Virus record (IMG/VR): IMGVR_UViG_3300045988_174371
Location: 296,644 to 360,643 of that record
Source: a virus
Strand: one strand, 5' to 3'
Length of the DNA stretch: 64,000 bases
Below are positions 28,844 to 38,236 of this stretch, in pieces (position 1 is the stretch's first letter; every line of letters starts with the position of its first letter). The position numbers were made by a program, and so were the translations under genes. The notes under the pieces are model-generated. The model did not search any database and was not told the origin of the DNA. It worked only from the letters and a program-made list of their open reading frames with translations.

Positions 28844-28916
28844 CTGGGGTAACAGGGTTCGAACCTGTAACTTCCGCGTTCAAAGCACGGGGTGTTGCCA
28901 GTTACACCATACCCCA
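28844..28916 (-). tRNA. tRNA-Gln (anticodon TTG)
   Basis: TGGGGTA... (U1-A72), anticodon loop CTTTGAA. Confidence 0.85.
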
Positions 28917-29004
28917 TAGGGGGCTGGCTACTCTGCTCGGCTTGAGAGCACCCAGCCCCACAGTAAGGAATCGTAAGGAAACCTTGGGAAGAATCGCAAT
29001 ATCT

Positions 29005-29013
29005 ACTATAGCA
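29005..29013 (-). promoter_or_regulatory. extended -10 promoter TGCTATAGT for the tRNA trio
   Basis: About 90 nt upstream of the tRNA-Gln 5' end (28916). Confidence 0.45.
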
Positions 29014-29044
29014 GGGATATTGCCAAGATGCAACTCCAGGAGTG

Positions 29045-29458
29045 TTACTTTCGGGAGGTGCTTCTTACTGGTTCCAAGGAACCATCATACACTAGTCGGG
29101 CGCGCTGGCAAATCTCCTTCAAAGTCATCTCAGCAACTTCCACGCTTTCACTAGTGCACAGCTCTGAGACTGTCTCTAGGTCGTCGTCGGCTAGGACGAC
29201 GATACGCCACAGCTCGGGCTTACTGCGAACGTTTGGGTTAGTGCATACATCCTCCAGCGTCCGATAGAGTGAATCCCTATCTGGTGTTGCGCGTTCTCGC
29301 ATCTTGAACATGATGCGGGCTCTTCCTGCAACCGCCTCTAGGGGGATGTCGCCTGTTTCGGACTGTACGGTCACTCCTGGCGCGACAATAACTCTATATG
29401 TTCCAGTTCGCCTATTCTCGTAGGTGAGGGTGATGACGGGGTATGTGTGGCGTGCCAT
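29045..29458 (-). CDS. hypothetical protein
   Basis: ORF-track ORF. Confidence 0.6.
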   Translation of the reverse strand: MARHTYPVITLTYENRRTGTYRVIVAPGVTVQSETGDIPLEAVAGRARIMFKMRERATPDRDSLYRTLEDVCTNPNVRSKPELWRIVVLADDDLETVSELCTSESVEVAEMTLKEICQRARLVYDGSLEPVRSTSRK

Positions 29459-29510
29459 TTCGCGTAATTATTCCTTCTTTCGAATACTTATGGTATCTGT
29501 ATAGCTCACG

Positions 29511-30860
29511 TTAGGTGACTTTAAGCCATCGGTCTTGGAAGCGGATACCTGATTCCTTGGGGAACTGATTGACGGGCTTCCAGTAGGCAGTGACTACCTG
29601 TTGCTGTGGCGGGTCGATACTGAGCACCAGAATAAGGTTGCATTCCTCAGGTGGGGCACCTTTCTCGGGTGCCACGACTCGGCTGTATTCTGATGAGCGG
29701 ATACTAATGGAACGCCCCGACTTGCGCTTATCATCATACTCAGTCACGGAGTACGTTCCAGGGGTGTATGACTGTAGCGTGAAGTAGACATCTTCAGCGG
29801 TGAGCTCTGCAAGCTTTCCGCTATTCAGCTTCTCATACACGTGCCCACTGAACTCTAGGCTCACTGGGTTGATAGCCTTCACGTGCTGATGGAAGCGTTC
29901 AATGGACGCTTCGTCCATCTGTGCGTAGGTGATTTGGCGCTGACCCTTAGTGAGGCGGGGCCAGTGAGCTCGCGTACCCTTTTTGCGTGCTGTTTTCTGC
30001 TTGAAAGCCCAGAGAGCTCGAATCTGAGGGACATCCCACAGTACACCGTTCTTCTCTGCCTGAGCTTTCTCTCGCTCAATCTCGCGGTTAAGCTTGCGTG
30101 CCACATGCGGTGGTGTCTTCGAGTTGCGTATCTTTTCGTCGCGCTCGGTAATGTACCGTGCGCGGTCAAGGTAGATGCGCTGTTTCTCAAGCTCAATAAG
30201 GTACTCTTCCTCAGTCTCAGGGACACGTTCCTTTGGTGACGGGAGGATGTAGGTGCGACCATTTAGCCCGGAAACCCTAATGTCGCCAGGCTGGAGCGGC
30301 GCATCTTCCACAGACTTGACGCTCGGAAGTGTGCGCGGCTTCGGTGGAGGCACTGCGCTAGGGCGAGGCGCGCTTGGCTTCGGGGCGGCTGGCTTCGGAG
30401 AACTTGGCGTAGGTGATGGATTTGGGGTGTTGCCGGAAGTAGGCTTCGGCGGCTGAGGCTCCCTCTTCTGTTCTTGCTCTTTGAGGGATGCCGCTTCGCG
30501 GCGTGCTTTCTGTCTAGCTTCCTTTGGTGTGGTGTACCTATTCTTGGCGCGAGATTCGCTCTCGTCGCTAATGTTCTTAGGGGTTGAAGGCTTCGGCGTG
30601 CCAGTTTGAGGCTCGTTGCCGTTCTTCTGTGCTTTTCGGCGTGCGGCTTTCTCGCGGCGCGCTTTCTGCTTCGCGTACTTTGGGGCGTACTTGGCTTCAG
30701 AGCGTTCCTCGACTACATCGCAGACATGCTCTAGGGAGCCGTGCGGCTCATCGCAGAAGGGGCAGTCTGCTGGGTCTTTCGCGGAGCATTTACCGTATTC
30801 GTCTTGTTTATTGACATGGTACTTGACCGTAGGTGGTCTTACGTTTGCCGTGGTAGACAT
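29511..30860 (-). CDS. hypothetical basic/Pro-rich protein with N-terminal H-C-C-H-like module
   Basis: ...KYHVNKQDEYGKCSAKDPADCPFCDEPHG... Followed by K/R-rich and P-rich tracts. Confidence 0.7.
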   Translation of the reverse strand: MSTTANVRPPTVKYHVNKQDEYGKCSAKDPADCPFCDEPHGSLEHVCDVVEERSEAKYAPKYAKQKARREKAARRKAQKNGNEPQTGTPKPSTPKNISDESESRAKNRYTTPKEARQKARREAASLKEQEQKREPQPPKPTSGNTPNPSPTPSSPKPAAPKPSAPRPSAVPPPKPRTLPSVKSVEDAPLQPGDIRVSGLNGRTYILPSPKERVPETEEEYLIELEKQRIYLDRARYITERDEKIRNSKTPPHVARKLNREIEREKAQAEKNGVLWDVPQIRALWAFKQKTARKKGTRAHWPRLTKGQRQITYAQMDEASIERFHQHVKAINPVSLEFSGHVYEKLNSGKLAELTAEDVYFTLQSYTPGTYSVTEYDDKRKSGRSISIRSSEYSRVVAPEKGAPPEECNLILVLSIDPPQQQVVTAYWKPVNQFPKESGIRFQDRWLKVT

Positions 30861-30927
30861 TTGGGCAGTTATTCTTTCTGTGCTTCATGTATGGCTACAT
30901 TGTGAGTGTAGTTGCTCTGTACATAGC

Positions 30928-30970
30928 AAAAATGGGAACCCTTGCTGGTGAGGCTAAGGGTTCCCATTTT
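30928..30970. terminator. hairpin aaaatgggaaccctt/aagggttcccatttt
   Basis: 15-bp stem flanked by A- and T-runs, inside the divergent intergenic region. Confidence 0.5.
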
Positions 30971-31164
30971 ATTAGCGGGGCGGTACCGACACCTGGGTAT
31001 TCGGGATGGGGTGCGGGTACCGCTTGAGCACTAGCGTCTCGCTGGCTTGGGGTGGGCGAGAAGGGGTGGCTAGTGCTCCAGGTGTGTAGAGGTGGTAGGC
31101 TCTACATATGCCCACGGGTTGAGTGGGCTTCGGGCGACGGTGTTAGTTTCGCCCGTTGATAACC

Positions 31165-31173
31165 AGTATAGCA
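31165..31173 (-). promoter_or_regulatory. extended -10 promoter TGCTATACT
   Basis: Faces the gene starting at 30860 across a ~300-nt hairpin-rich leader. Confidence 0.4.
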
Positions 31174-31353
31174 GTTCCTACCCGTTTAGCAAACTCGACC
31201 GTAAGGTTTTTCGGGTGGTATGCATCACAGCTGTTGGCATGGGTGTTTCGCTTGCCTGGAAGGGGTACTACATCGTATGCTTGTTCTAGAAGTTCAATGT
31301 AAGGCGGCAATGTTACCCAGCTCGGGGAGGTTGCCGCCTTACGTGTCTGAGCG

Positions 31354-31362
31354 TGGTATAAT
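31354..31362 (+). promoter_or_regulatory. extended -10 promoter TGGTATAAT
   Basis: 32 nt upstream of the ATG at 31394. Preceded by the inverted repeat ggcggcaa/ttgccgcc (31304-31340). Confidence 0.5.
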
Positions 31363-31393
31363 GTGTGAAATAATAGTATTTCGAAAGGAAGTA

Positions 31394-32164
31394 ATGGCTG
31401 TTCACTCACGCAAACCGTTTACGGCAGATGAGCCAATGGAGTTTAACTTCGATAATGGTAATTCACTGCTTGTCTCCCCTGCGGGTGGTAATGTGCATGG
31501 CGCGTTCCTAGAGGCAGTTCAGGTCGCCCATCTTGAAGATGAGGATGAGGTGAGCTTTAAGTCTGCTCATATTGTGCTTAGTCCCGTTCAGATTATCGCT
31601 TTTTTCGCATCAGTTATACGTATGACGGGTTATTCTGAGCCTCAGCTTCGCGAGCTTGCCTTTGAGCGTGGGCTTATTGAAGACCCTGACGCGGTAAAGG
31701 AACGTCTCCGCACCTCGCCGCGAAGGAAAGCACCCAAGCCAGGTCGCCCGAAGGATAATTTCTGCAAGTTTACAGACCAGTATGGAGATGTTCTACTGGC
31801 TAAGCCTGTTGCTAATGTGCCAGGTCTTGTAGAGTTTACGTTTAGCGTTGATGGTGAGGATGCTACCTTGATTATCCCTCCAGATATGATAGTCATCCTC
31901 TTCGCGACATGTTGCCGGGTGGTGAACTACACCCCCGAAGAAATGCGTGAGCTTGCTACCCGTGAGGGCTACGTGAAGGTGGACACTCGAAGTGTTCCGG
32001 TTGGGCGTAAGGAAAAGCGCCGCAATGCCCAGCAGTCAAAGAAACAGCCGCAACCTGCTACTGCGTCACCGTCTCTCGCAAGTCTTGTTGCCGGGCGAAC
32101 AGCTGAACTAGGTATCACCTCTAGCAAGCCGTCTATGCCTGTGCGCTCGACGTTCAGCAAATAA
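31394..32164 (+). CDS. hypothetical protein with an internal two-fold repeat
   Basis: ATG at 31394 (MAVHSRKPF) after GAAAGGAAG. The two halves both end in ..Y.E..RELA.ERG / Y.PEEMRELATREG. Confidence 0.65.
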   Translation: MAVHSRKPFTADEPMEFNFDNGNSLLVSPAGGNVHGAFLEAVQVAHLEDEDEVSFKSAHIVLSPVQIIAFFASVIRMTGYSEPQLRELAFERGLIEDPDAVKERLRTSPRRKAPKPGRPKDNFCKFTDQYGDVLLAKPVANVPGLVEFTFSVDGEDATLIIPPDMIVILFATCCRVVNYTPEEMRELATREGYVKVDTRSVPVGRKEKRRNAQQSKKQPQPATASPSLASLVAGRTAELGITSSKPSMPVRSTFSK

Positions 32165-32213
32165 CTCGCTACACCACAGCACACTTAACACATAAGCAAG
32201 AAGGGAAGTAAAC

Positions 32214-33023
32214 ATGCAACAGAACATTGATGGCGTTGAACCTGTACGCCTCACATCCCCTGACTTTGAGAAGTTCACCCAATACATCTTGAAGGACTGC
32301 GCAAGCACCCCCTGGGACTCTTATATGCGCCGCGTCTATCGCCTACTCGGATTCCCGGAAGATATGAGCATCCCCCCGGCTCCTGTAAGTCGCTTCGGTA
32401 AGTATGGTATGTCTCCGGGCATGTGGCATAAGGCGGCTTTGGTGGCGGGCTCATACAGTGTGGCGCTCGAATCTTTGGGTGTAGCAGATGCGTTTAATGT
32501 TGATGCGGGTGTGGAAGCGCTAAAGGAGCTTTCTTTTGCCGCTCACAGTCACCCCCTAGCGCCCGTATTTACTCACGGTGTCCGCAAGTTCACTGCTGAA
32601 CAGCAGGCTACCTTAAACCTTATGGTTTCACCTCACATGCAGAAACTCGTGGAGACTGTCGGCATTAGCGCTCTTCTCGGGTTCTTGCCCGCTGTAGAGT
32701 TTATGGATGGTTACGACTATGCAGACTTGGCTCGCCTCATTGAGGCAGATGGTATTGAGTCTGTAGTTCCTCTGAAGCCGTCTCAGGTTGCAGACTCGCC
32801 GCTAGGTCGGGTACTTGCGGGAGCTTTCGACCGTATGGACTCAGTGTTGGCTGAAATGCTGAGTATGCCTGAGACTGTCGCCCGTGCTGGGTGGCTCCTC
32901 ACTCATGACTCAGGGGAATGGTCTAGCCTGGATGCGCCTATCACTGTCCGAAAAGTCCTGCCCGGTAGTGAGCTTACAGAAGCTCCTGTAGCCGCACATT
33001 TTGTAGACATGGCATTGTTCTAG
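32214..33023 (+). CDS. hypothetical protein
   Basis: ORF-track ORF; GAAGGGAAG RBS. Confidence 0.7.
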   Translation: MQQNIDGVEPVRLTSPDFEKFTQYILKDCASTPWDSYMRRVYRLLGFPEDMSIPPAPVSRFGKYGMSPGMWHKAALVAGSYSVALESLGVADAFNVDAGVEALKELSFAAHSHPLAPVFTHGVRKFTAEQQATLNLMVSPHMQKLVETVGISALLGFLPAVEFMDGYDYADLARLIEADGIESVVPLKPSQVADSPLGRVLAGAFDRMDSVLAEMLSMPETVARAGWLLTHDSGEWSSLDAPITVRKVLPGSELTEAPVAAHFVDMALF

Positions 33024-33045
33024 CAAAATCCTCGCCAAGCGCGGC

Positions 33046-33088
33046 AGAAGCCCCTTAGAACCTTATCTGTGGGTTCTAGGGGGCTTCT
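33046..33088. terminator. bidirectional compound hairpin agaagcccc...ggggcttct
   Basis: Between the convergent genes ending at 33023 (+) and 33104 (-). Confidence 0.6.
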
Positions 33089-33103
33089 TTCTGCTCGTCA
33101 ATC

Positions 33104-33652
33104 TTAAAGTGATGGTGATGGTTGGCTTTCGTGTCCTGCGCTCAAGTCAGACAAGGCAGGGATGTCAATGTCCACCTGCGTGCCAGCCAAGGGGTAGGCA
33201 AACTGGATTCGGTTATATTCAGGCTGGTACATTGCCCAGTAGAAGTTCTCGTAAATCCATGCGTGCCCAGAAATTTCTGAGGTGTGGGCATGGATGCTGT
33301 GAGCTACTGCACGCGGAATAATAGGCTTCACATTGAGGGTGTGTAGGTAGCCGTCTAGGTTCTCGATGGAGTCGCCGGTTGCGTTGTTCGTCACGTCACA
33401 CTTCATACGGTAAGAGTCATCCTCGGTGAGCTCTTCCTCAATACTGGAAATGTTTATCAGTGGGCGAATGAGAGAATTGGGTTCCAGCCCTAGCTCAAAC
33501 GGGAGGTTGCTAGGTAGCTCGATGGTTGCATACAGATACTTGGGCGCATCAATGAGGGCGAGGCGAAGCTCCGCCTCGGAGAATGGAAGCTCTTCGTTCA
33601 AATCATCTTCGTACTCATATTCGAACTCATAGTCGGTGTGGTTTGCTGACAT
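33104..33652 (-). CDS. hypothetical acidic protein
   Basis: ORF-track ORF. Confidence 0.65.
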   Translation of the reverse strand: MSANHTDYEFEYEYEDDLNEELPFSEAELRLALIDAPKYLYATIELPSNLPFELGLEPNSLIRPLINISSIEEELTEDDSYRMKCDVTNNATGDSIENLDGYLHTLNVKPIIPRAVAHSIHAHTSEISGHAWIYENFYWAMYQPEYNRIQFAYPLAGTQVDIDIPALSDLSAGHESQPSPSL

Positions 33653-33763
33653 TGGTTAGCGCCCTTCTGGTCTATACGCAAAAACTTAGGGAAGCTACCA
33701 AGAGAGCTTGTAGGTGCTCAAATTGATAACTTCCCTAAGTTTATAGCGTCCGGCTAGGGGCTT

Positions 33764-34531
33764 CTAAGCGGTGTAGATGCTCTGGGTTGCAACCCAGCCG
33801 TTCAGAGCGTGCATACGTCGCCATTCCAGCGGCGTAATGAAGTTCGAGACGTTGTGCAGGCAGGTGAAGCCACTGTCGCGGAACTCATCGATAGTCGGCT
33901 TGTCCTGCTCGCGCGGCTCTTCTGCTCGGAGGACTCGGAAGGTTCGGGTACCGAAGTTATGCAGGTCGCTGTACGGCTGGATGCGGAGCGGGTTACCACT
34001 GAAGCCGTTCTGTCGAGACTGCCACTCTTCAACGTCCATAAGGTTCAGGTTGCCCGGCTCGTAGGAGATGACGGGCATCAGCTGAACCTCATTGTCTTCA
34101 ATCTTGTAGACAATAGCCTCAACAGTGGTATCCCAGTCGTCGTCCTCATGCCAGTGCTGGTCATCTGCCGGGTACACCTTTACGGTGACCTTACCGCCGA
34201 TGGTATAGGTTCGACCGCCCATGCGGGTGGTATAGAAACCGGCACCAATGCGCTTGGTGTGAACCTTGCGGATTGCAGATTCGATGTGCAGGGGGTGAAC
34301 GTCCAGCGGGAAGTCGAAGTCTTCACTGAGAAGGTCTTCGGTGCTCATACCTAGGTGCGCGGCGATTTCCTCTGCCGTGATACCCATGTCCTTGAGGGTT
34401 TCAAGGGTGGTTTCCTTGGTGATATTGTCGGACTCGCGGACAATAGTCAGGGCTTCGATAAGGTCCTGCGGGCTGTCCGGGGTGATATTGGTCGGCAGGG
34501 TGATGCGGGGTACGTCAATGCTCTTATGCAT
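33764..34531 (-). CDS. hypothetical protein
   Basis: ORF-track ORF. Confidence 0.7.
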   Translation of the reverse strand: MHKSIDVPRITLPTNITPDSPQDLIEALTIVRESDNITKETTLETLKDMGITAEEIAAHLGMSTEDLLSEDFDFPLDVHPLHIESAIRKVHTKRIGAGFYTTRMGGRTYTIGGKVTVKVYPADDQHWHEDDDWDTTVEAIVYKIEDNEVQLMPVISYEPGNLNLMDVEEWQSRQNGFSGNPLRIQPYSDLHNFGTRTFRVLRAEEPREQDKPTIDEFRDSGFTCLHNVSNFITPLEWRRMHALNGWVATQSIYTA

Positions 34532-34637
34532 GTGAAAGAGTAGTTCCTTTCAAAGATAGTGTTTAGTTAAGTAGTGAATGAAACTCAAAGGCACTCGTAA
34601 CTAAGTGTATGGGTGCTCTTTCGAGAGTCATACGATA

Positions 34638-34648
34638 AGTGTAACACA
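34638..34648 (-). promoter_or_regulatory. extended -10 promoter TGTGTTACACT
   Basis: About 105 nt upstream of the start at 34531. Confidence 0.45.
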
Positions 34649-34764
34649 TAATGCAATATTCTGCAAAGAAGTGTACTAGTGCGTTCGGCGCTCTTCGCCA
34701 GTTGCGCCTGCATCCTGTACAATGGCTCTGAATAAACCAGTACACCATTAGAAAGGATTTCATT

Positions 34765-35382
34765 ATGCAGGAACTATCTGGCAACATGACCATCTCAACT
34801 TTCATTGAGGCTACCATTATACCACATACTAAGACCGCAGGCGGCTCAACTAGCCCTGCCCGATACTACAGGGCAATGACACTCAGTGAAGCGCCAGCAA
34901 GCCTAAAGCCTTCACAGTTGCCTGCAACCGCCTCTCAGTCCTTTTACCTTAGCACACACAGCAGTTCAGGTGAGGAGATGGGCATTACAGGGCGCGTCAT
35001 CACCAAAGTAGTCCACAACGAACACCTTGAACACTACCTGAGAGCCGTATTCAATCGGACAGTAGACGACGACCAGCGACTACTAGCTCTCTACCACCAA
35101 GCGAACCCATCCAATGTTCACGTAGTCAAGGAAGTATACACCCTACCTACCGGCGTAACCCCTCATGATGCCGTATGCGCATTCCTTAACGAAACCGCCA
35201 ACACAGAGTCTCCTACCCCGGCAACATGGGCGGAGCTAGTGAGGAAATTTCATGACCTCCTCAGCCCCGCCGCCGTCAAGAGTGTTGAGTGCCCCGGTCT
35301 ACTGGAACGAGTATGTCACGACCCCGCTTATGACCATGTGCCAGGCATGTTAGGCATGTGCCCCTGGCTGGATGACAAGTAG
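34765..35382 (+). CDS. hypothetical protein
   Basis: ORF-track ORF; GAAAGGA 8 nt before the ATG. Confidence 0.65.
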   Translation: MQELSGNMTISTFIEATIIPHTKTAGGSTSPARYYRAMTLSEAPASLKPSQLPATASQSFYLSTHSSSGEEMGITGRVITKVVHNEHLEHYLRAVFNRTVDDDQRLLALYHQANPSNVHVVKEVYTLPTGVTPHDAVCAFLNETANTESPTPATWAELVRKFHDLLSPAAVKSVECPGLLERVCHDPAYDHVPGMLGMCPWLDDK

Positions 35383-35392
35383 CAGAGCCGAC

Positions 35393-35444
35393 GCAAAGAG
35401 AAAGCACCCCGAACCATTGGTTTTGCGGGGTGCTTTCTCTTTGC
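35393..35444. terminator. bidirectional 18-bp hairpin gcaaagagaaagcacccc/ggggtgctttctctttgc
   Basis: Between the convergent genes ending at 35382 (+) and 35467 (-). Confidence 0.7.
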
Positions 35445-35466
35445 GCTCTACGCAATTCAGTTACGG

Positions 35467-36066
35467 TCAGTTGGAGGTCTCATTCAATTCTGGGCGGACG
35501 GATGAGACGTACTTCGTGACAAGGCTGTCTGCAAGGTTGGACTGAACCTGCAAGCTGGTCAGAAACGCGGTCTGGACATTCTCGGAGAGAACGGAGATGC
35601 CGGTTACCTGATGTGCGCGCTGAAGCTTCTCGCTATTATCCTTTGCCCATCCTCGACTTGCAGAGATGAGGTGGCTCAGTTCTGCCTGATGTGTGTTCAC
35701 GAAGTCCTGAACGAATTTAAGGACGGCGGAGCTGTCGGTAATCCAGAGGCTTGCCGCCGTACCACTATGCATACCTCCGTCAAGTAGACCGTCAGCGCCG
35801 CCGCGTCGCTCCTGCGGTTCGCTCTTGAAGAGAATAAAAGTCTTCTTGTAGCCAATGGTGCCGTAAGAGAATGTGTTCGTCACTTGGTATGAGCGTGGCT
35901 TGAAGGTGAACTCGGTGCCGTTAATCAGGCTCGGTATCAGGTTATTGCCTTCTGGGGTTACTGTAACTCGGTCAGTTACCAGCACGCTAACAGATGCTTC
36001 TTTGTCTGAGCTGTCTGCTGGATGGGTTTGCGTAACGGTGTAAACGAACTGGGTGTCTTGAGCCAT
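35467..36066 (-). CDS. hypothetical protein
   Basis: ATG at 36066 (MAQDTQF...) 9 nt after AAGGAG. Confidence 0.7.
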   Translation of the reverse strand: MAQDTQFVYTVTQTHPADSSDKEASVSVLVTDRVTVTPEGNNLIPSLINGTEFTFKPRSYQVTNTFSYGTIGYKKTFILFKSEPQERRGGADGLLDGGMHSGTAASLWITDSSAVLKFVQDFVNTHQAELSHLISASRGWAKDNSEKLQRAHQVTGISVLSENVQTAFLTSLQVQSNLADSLVTKYVSSVRPELNETSN

Positions 36067-36186
36067 ATTTCTGTTCTCCTTATTGGTAGAGTGAATTTCG
36101 ATGCGCCGCATGGCATGAAACTATGAATGATTGCACACCTCTTCTTTTCTGAGGTAAACACAAGTATACCAGAGGCACCTATAGCG

Positions 36187-36223
36187 CCCTAGTGGGAGGA
36201 CTGTGATAATCCTCCCACTAGGG
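36187..36223 (-). terminator. hairpin ccctagtgggagga/tcctcccactaggg
   Basis: 14-bp stem downstream of the small gene ending at 36350. Confidence 0.55.
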
Positions 36224-36349
36224 CAGATGGCTGTAGATGTCTCTTACGCGCTGACGATGACGTAGGTCATACAGGGGCGTTCTACGAAGACCATCAGGGC
36301 TTCATTGAGGCTGTTTCCCTGAGCGGTTCACCCCTTATGCATGGTCGGC

Positions 36350-36508
36350 TTAGTGGTTCCAGATGCCTTCCAGCGCCCAGCGCCCAGTGCCGGGTCGTAG
36401 GGCGGATTCCTTATTGCGTTTAATAACGCCTACCATGTTGCCGTTCTCGTCAATGATTCGGTACATGTTCTTCTGAATGAGCTTGATGCTGTAGCCGTTG
36501 AACTTCAT
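36350..36508 (-). CDS. hypothetical 52-aa protein (below the ORF-track cutoff)
   Basis: Own translation: MKFNGYSIKLIQKNMYRIIDENGNMVGVIKRNKESALRPGTGRWALEGIWNH. GAAGGAG 8 nt before the ATG. Confidence 0.5.
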   Translation of the reverse strand: MKFNGYSIKLIQKNMYRIIDENGNMVGVIKRNKESALRPGTGRWALEGIWNH

Positions 36509-36572
36509 GGTGTGAGCTCCTTCTTTGGCTTGAGTGATGATTGATGGGTCCTGGGTGACTAGTGGGCTGTGC

Positions 36573-36896
36573 TTAGTTGCCCGCTTGCTTGATGGTGTAG
36601 GGGGTGATGAACTCTCGGTAGTTCTGGTAAAGCTCCTTGAGGGTGGTTGCGTGCTGTTCTGCGCGTGCCTTAGCGTCCTGGAGGCGATTCATTGCCTTTT
36701 CGTATGCGGTACGGGCAAGCGCGAGTGCGCGGACACCGATTTCCTGTACGGATTCTAGGGCGGCGTGGTAGGCGCTTTCGGCTTCCTGAAACTTTGCAGT
36801 CCAGTGGGTGACCCAGCCTACGGCTACCTGGAGCAAGCTCTCTTCTTTGGAGACTTCGTTATTCAGTTCTGCTTCGGTTGCGTAGGTTGCGTTCAC
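36573..36896 (-). CDS. hypothetical helical protein
   Basis: ORF-track ORF; GTG start after GGAAGGGG. Confidence 0.6.
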   Translation of the reverse strand: MNATYATEAELNNEVSKEESLLQVAVGWVTHWTAKFQEAESAYHAALESVQEIGVRALALARTAYEKAMNRLQDAKARAEQHATTLKELYQNYREFITPYTIKQAGN

Positions 36897-36938
36897 GATG
36901 CCGCCCCTTCCATAGGTCTAAATCATTGCTACATAAAT

Positions 36939-36949
36939 AGTGTACCACA
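36939..36949 (-). promoter_or_regulatory. extended -10 promoter TGTGGTACACT
   Basis: Consensus copy about 45 nt upstream of the start at 36896. Confidence 0.55.
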
Positions 36950-36993
36950 TATTTTAAGAGCTATGCAAGCGATATGTTTGTGGCGCAAAGAAA

Positions 36994-37031
36994 CCCCCTG
37001 CTTGCAACGACTAACAGTTGCAAGCAGGGGG
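36994..37031 (-). terminator. hairpin ccccctgcttgcaac/gttgcaagcaggggg
   Basis: 15-bp stem 17 nt after the stop at 37048. Confidence 0.65.
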
Positions 37032-37047
37032 TAATACTCAAGCCCTA

Positions 37048-38217
37048 TTAGCTATCCATTTCCAAGGAAGCCCAGAACCTCTCCTTGGAAAGTTCAACAT
37101 CTCCAAAGGAGCTGAAATCTTCCAACCCACAGAACTCGGTAATACGGCTACAAATAGACTCAGGACTCAATCGCGCCCTATCCCACGAAATAGCTGTCAC
37201 ATAGTCACCAGTAAGCATGTATGTGCCACCGAACGTGCGCTCAGTACGTTCAGCAACAAGCCTACGCAAACCATCCTCAATTTGGCGCACAGAAAGGAAC
37301 CTATACGCAGTTGGGATAGCCGACCTAAGACCAGCCTGCCACAAGAAGTAGACAATAGCCAGCGGGTCACCACCAATAAGGAACGGGTAATACAGTCCAC
37401 ACCGACAACCATCCTCAAGATGCACACTAGGCGCAATGCAGAACTCTTGAATATGCGCCCCAGTAGCCAGTAGCGATGCGGAGCGAATCAAAGTCCGCGC
37501 AATGTTGCTAGATAGCAAATCATCAATGCGCTTACCCGCAGTACCCACCCTCAGCTCCTCATCTGACATGGACAGAAACGCAGAGGGCACATACCAGACT
37601 TCACCCGAAGTTCCTACGGTAGCAGGCTTAACACCGCCACCAAACACGCTATCTCCAGCCCGGAAATAATCCGCCGGGTCATCAATCTTAAACGAGCCTT
37701 CCCCTACAAAGGTTGCCCTGAGGAGTGAGAAATTGCCAGAGAGCGTGAACTCGCTCTTTGGGCTGACCTTACAGGAGTCAAGCTGAACATCCCCAAAGGT
37801 ACTAAGGCTCGAATTGTCCATCAAGGTCACCTTGTGCGCATCCCCACCAAAGCCGCTATAGGTAGCGCCACTATGCAGTGTCAGCGATTCAACATTCGAG
37901 TTATGTAGTGTTAGCTTCACACCGTCATGCACGGTCACACCTGAGGCGTTACTATTTTTCAGGTCGAGGGTGATTCCTGAACCTTCTGCTGTGGCATCAG
38001 AGACAATCTGGACACCATCAACGCTACTATCTTCAATATGCACATCAACTGCCCCCTGAAAATTGCCAGGCTGAGAAACCTTATCCAAAGAGCTGTTGAT
38101 GATTTCTCCTGAGCAGTGAAGCTGAACATCGTCACCAAACGAACAGCCACTCACCACCACATCTCCAGTTAGCAGATTACCGTCATGTAGCCCACTCGGT
38201 TTTTCATGCGTAGCCAT
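37048..38217 (-). CDS. family-B protein: beta-helix-like repeats plus C-terminal C-H-C-C domain
   Basis: ATG at 38217 after GAAAGG. Repeats such as VSGCSFGDDVQLHCSGEIINSSL. C-terminal FCIAPSVHLEDGCRCGLYYPFLIGGDPLAIVYFLWQAG. Confidence 0.8.
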   Translation of the reverse strand: MATHEKPSGLHDGNLLTGDVVVSGCSFGDDVQLHCSGEIINSSLDKVSQPGNFQGAVDVHIEDSSVDGVQIVSDATAEGSGITLDLKNSNASGVTVHDGVKLTLHNSNVESLTLHSGATYSGFGGDAHKVTLMDNSSLSTFGDVQLDSCKVSPKSEFTLSGNFSLLRATFVGEGSFKIDDPADYFRAGDSVFGGGVKPATVGTSGEVWYVPSAFLSMSDEELRVGTAGKRIDDLLSSNIARTLIRSASLLATGAHIQEFCIAPSVHLEDGCRCGLYYPFLIGGDPLAIVYFLWQAGLRSAIPTAYRFLSVRQIEDGLRRLVAERTERTFGGTYMLTGDYVTAISWDRARLSPESICSRITEFCGLEDFSSFGDVELSKERFWASLEMDS

Positions 38218-38236
38218 AAACACCTTTCAGTAGCGA

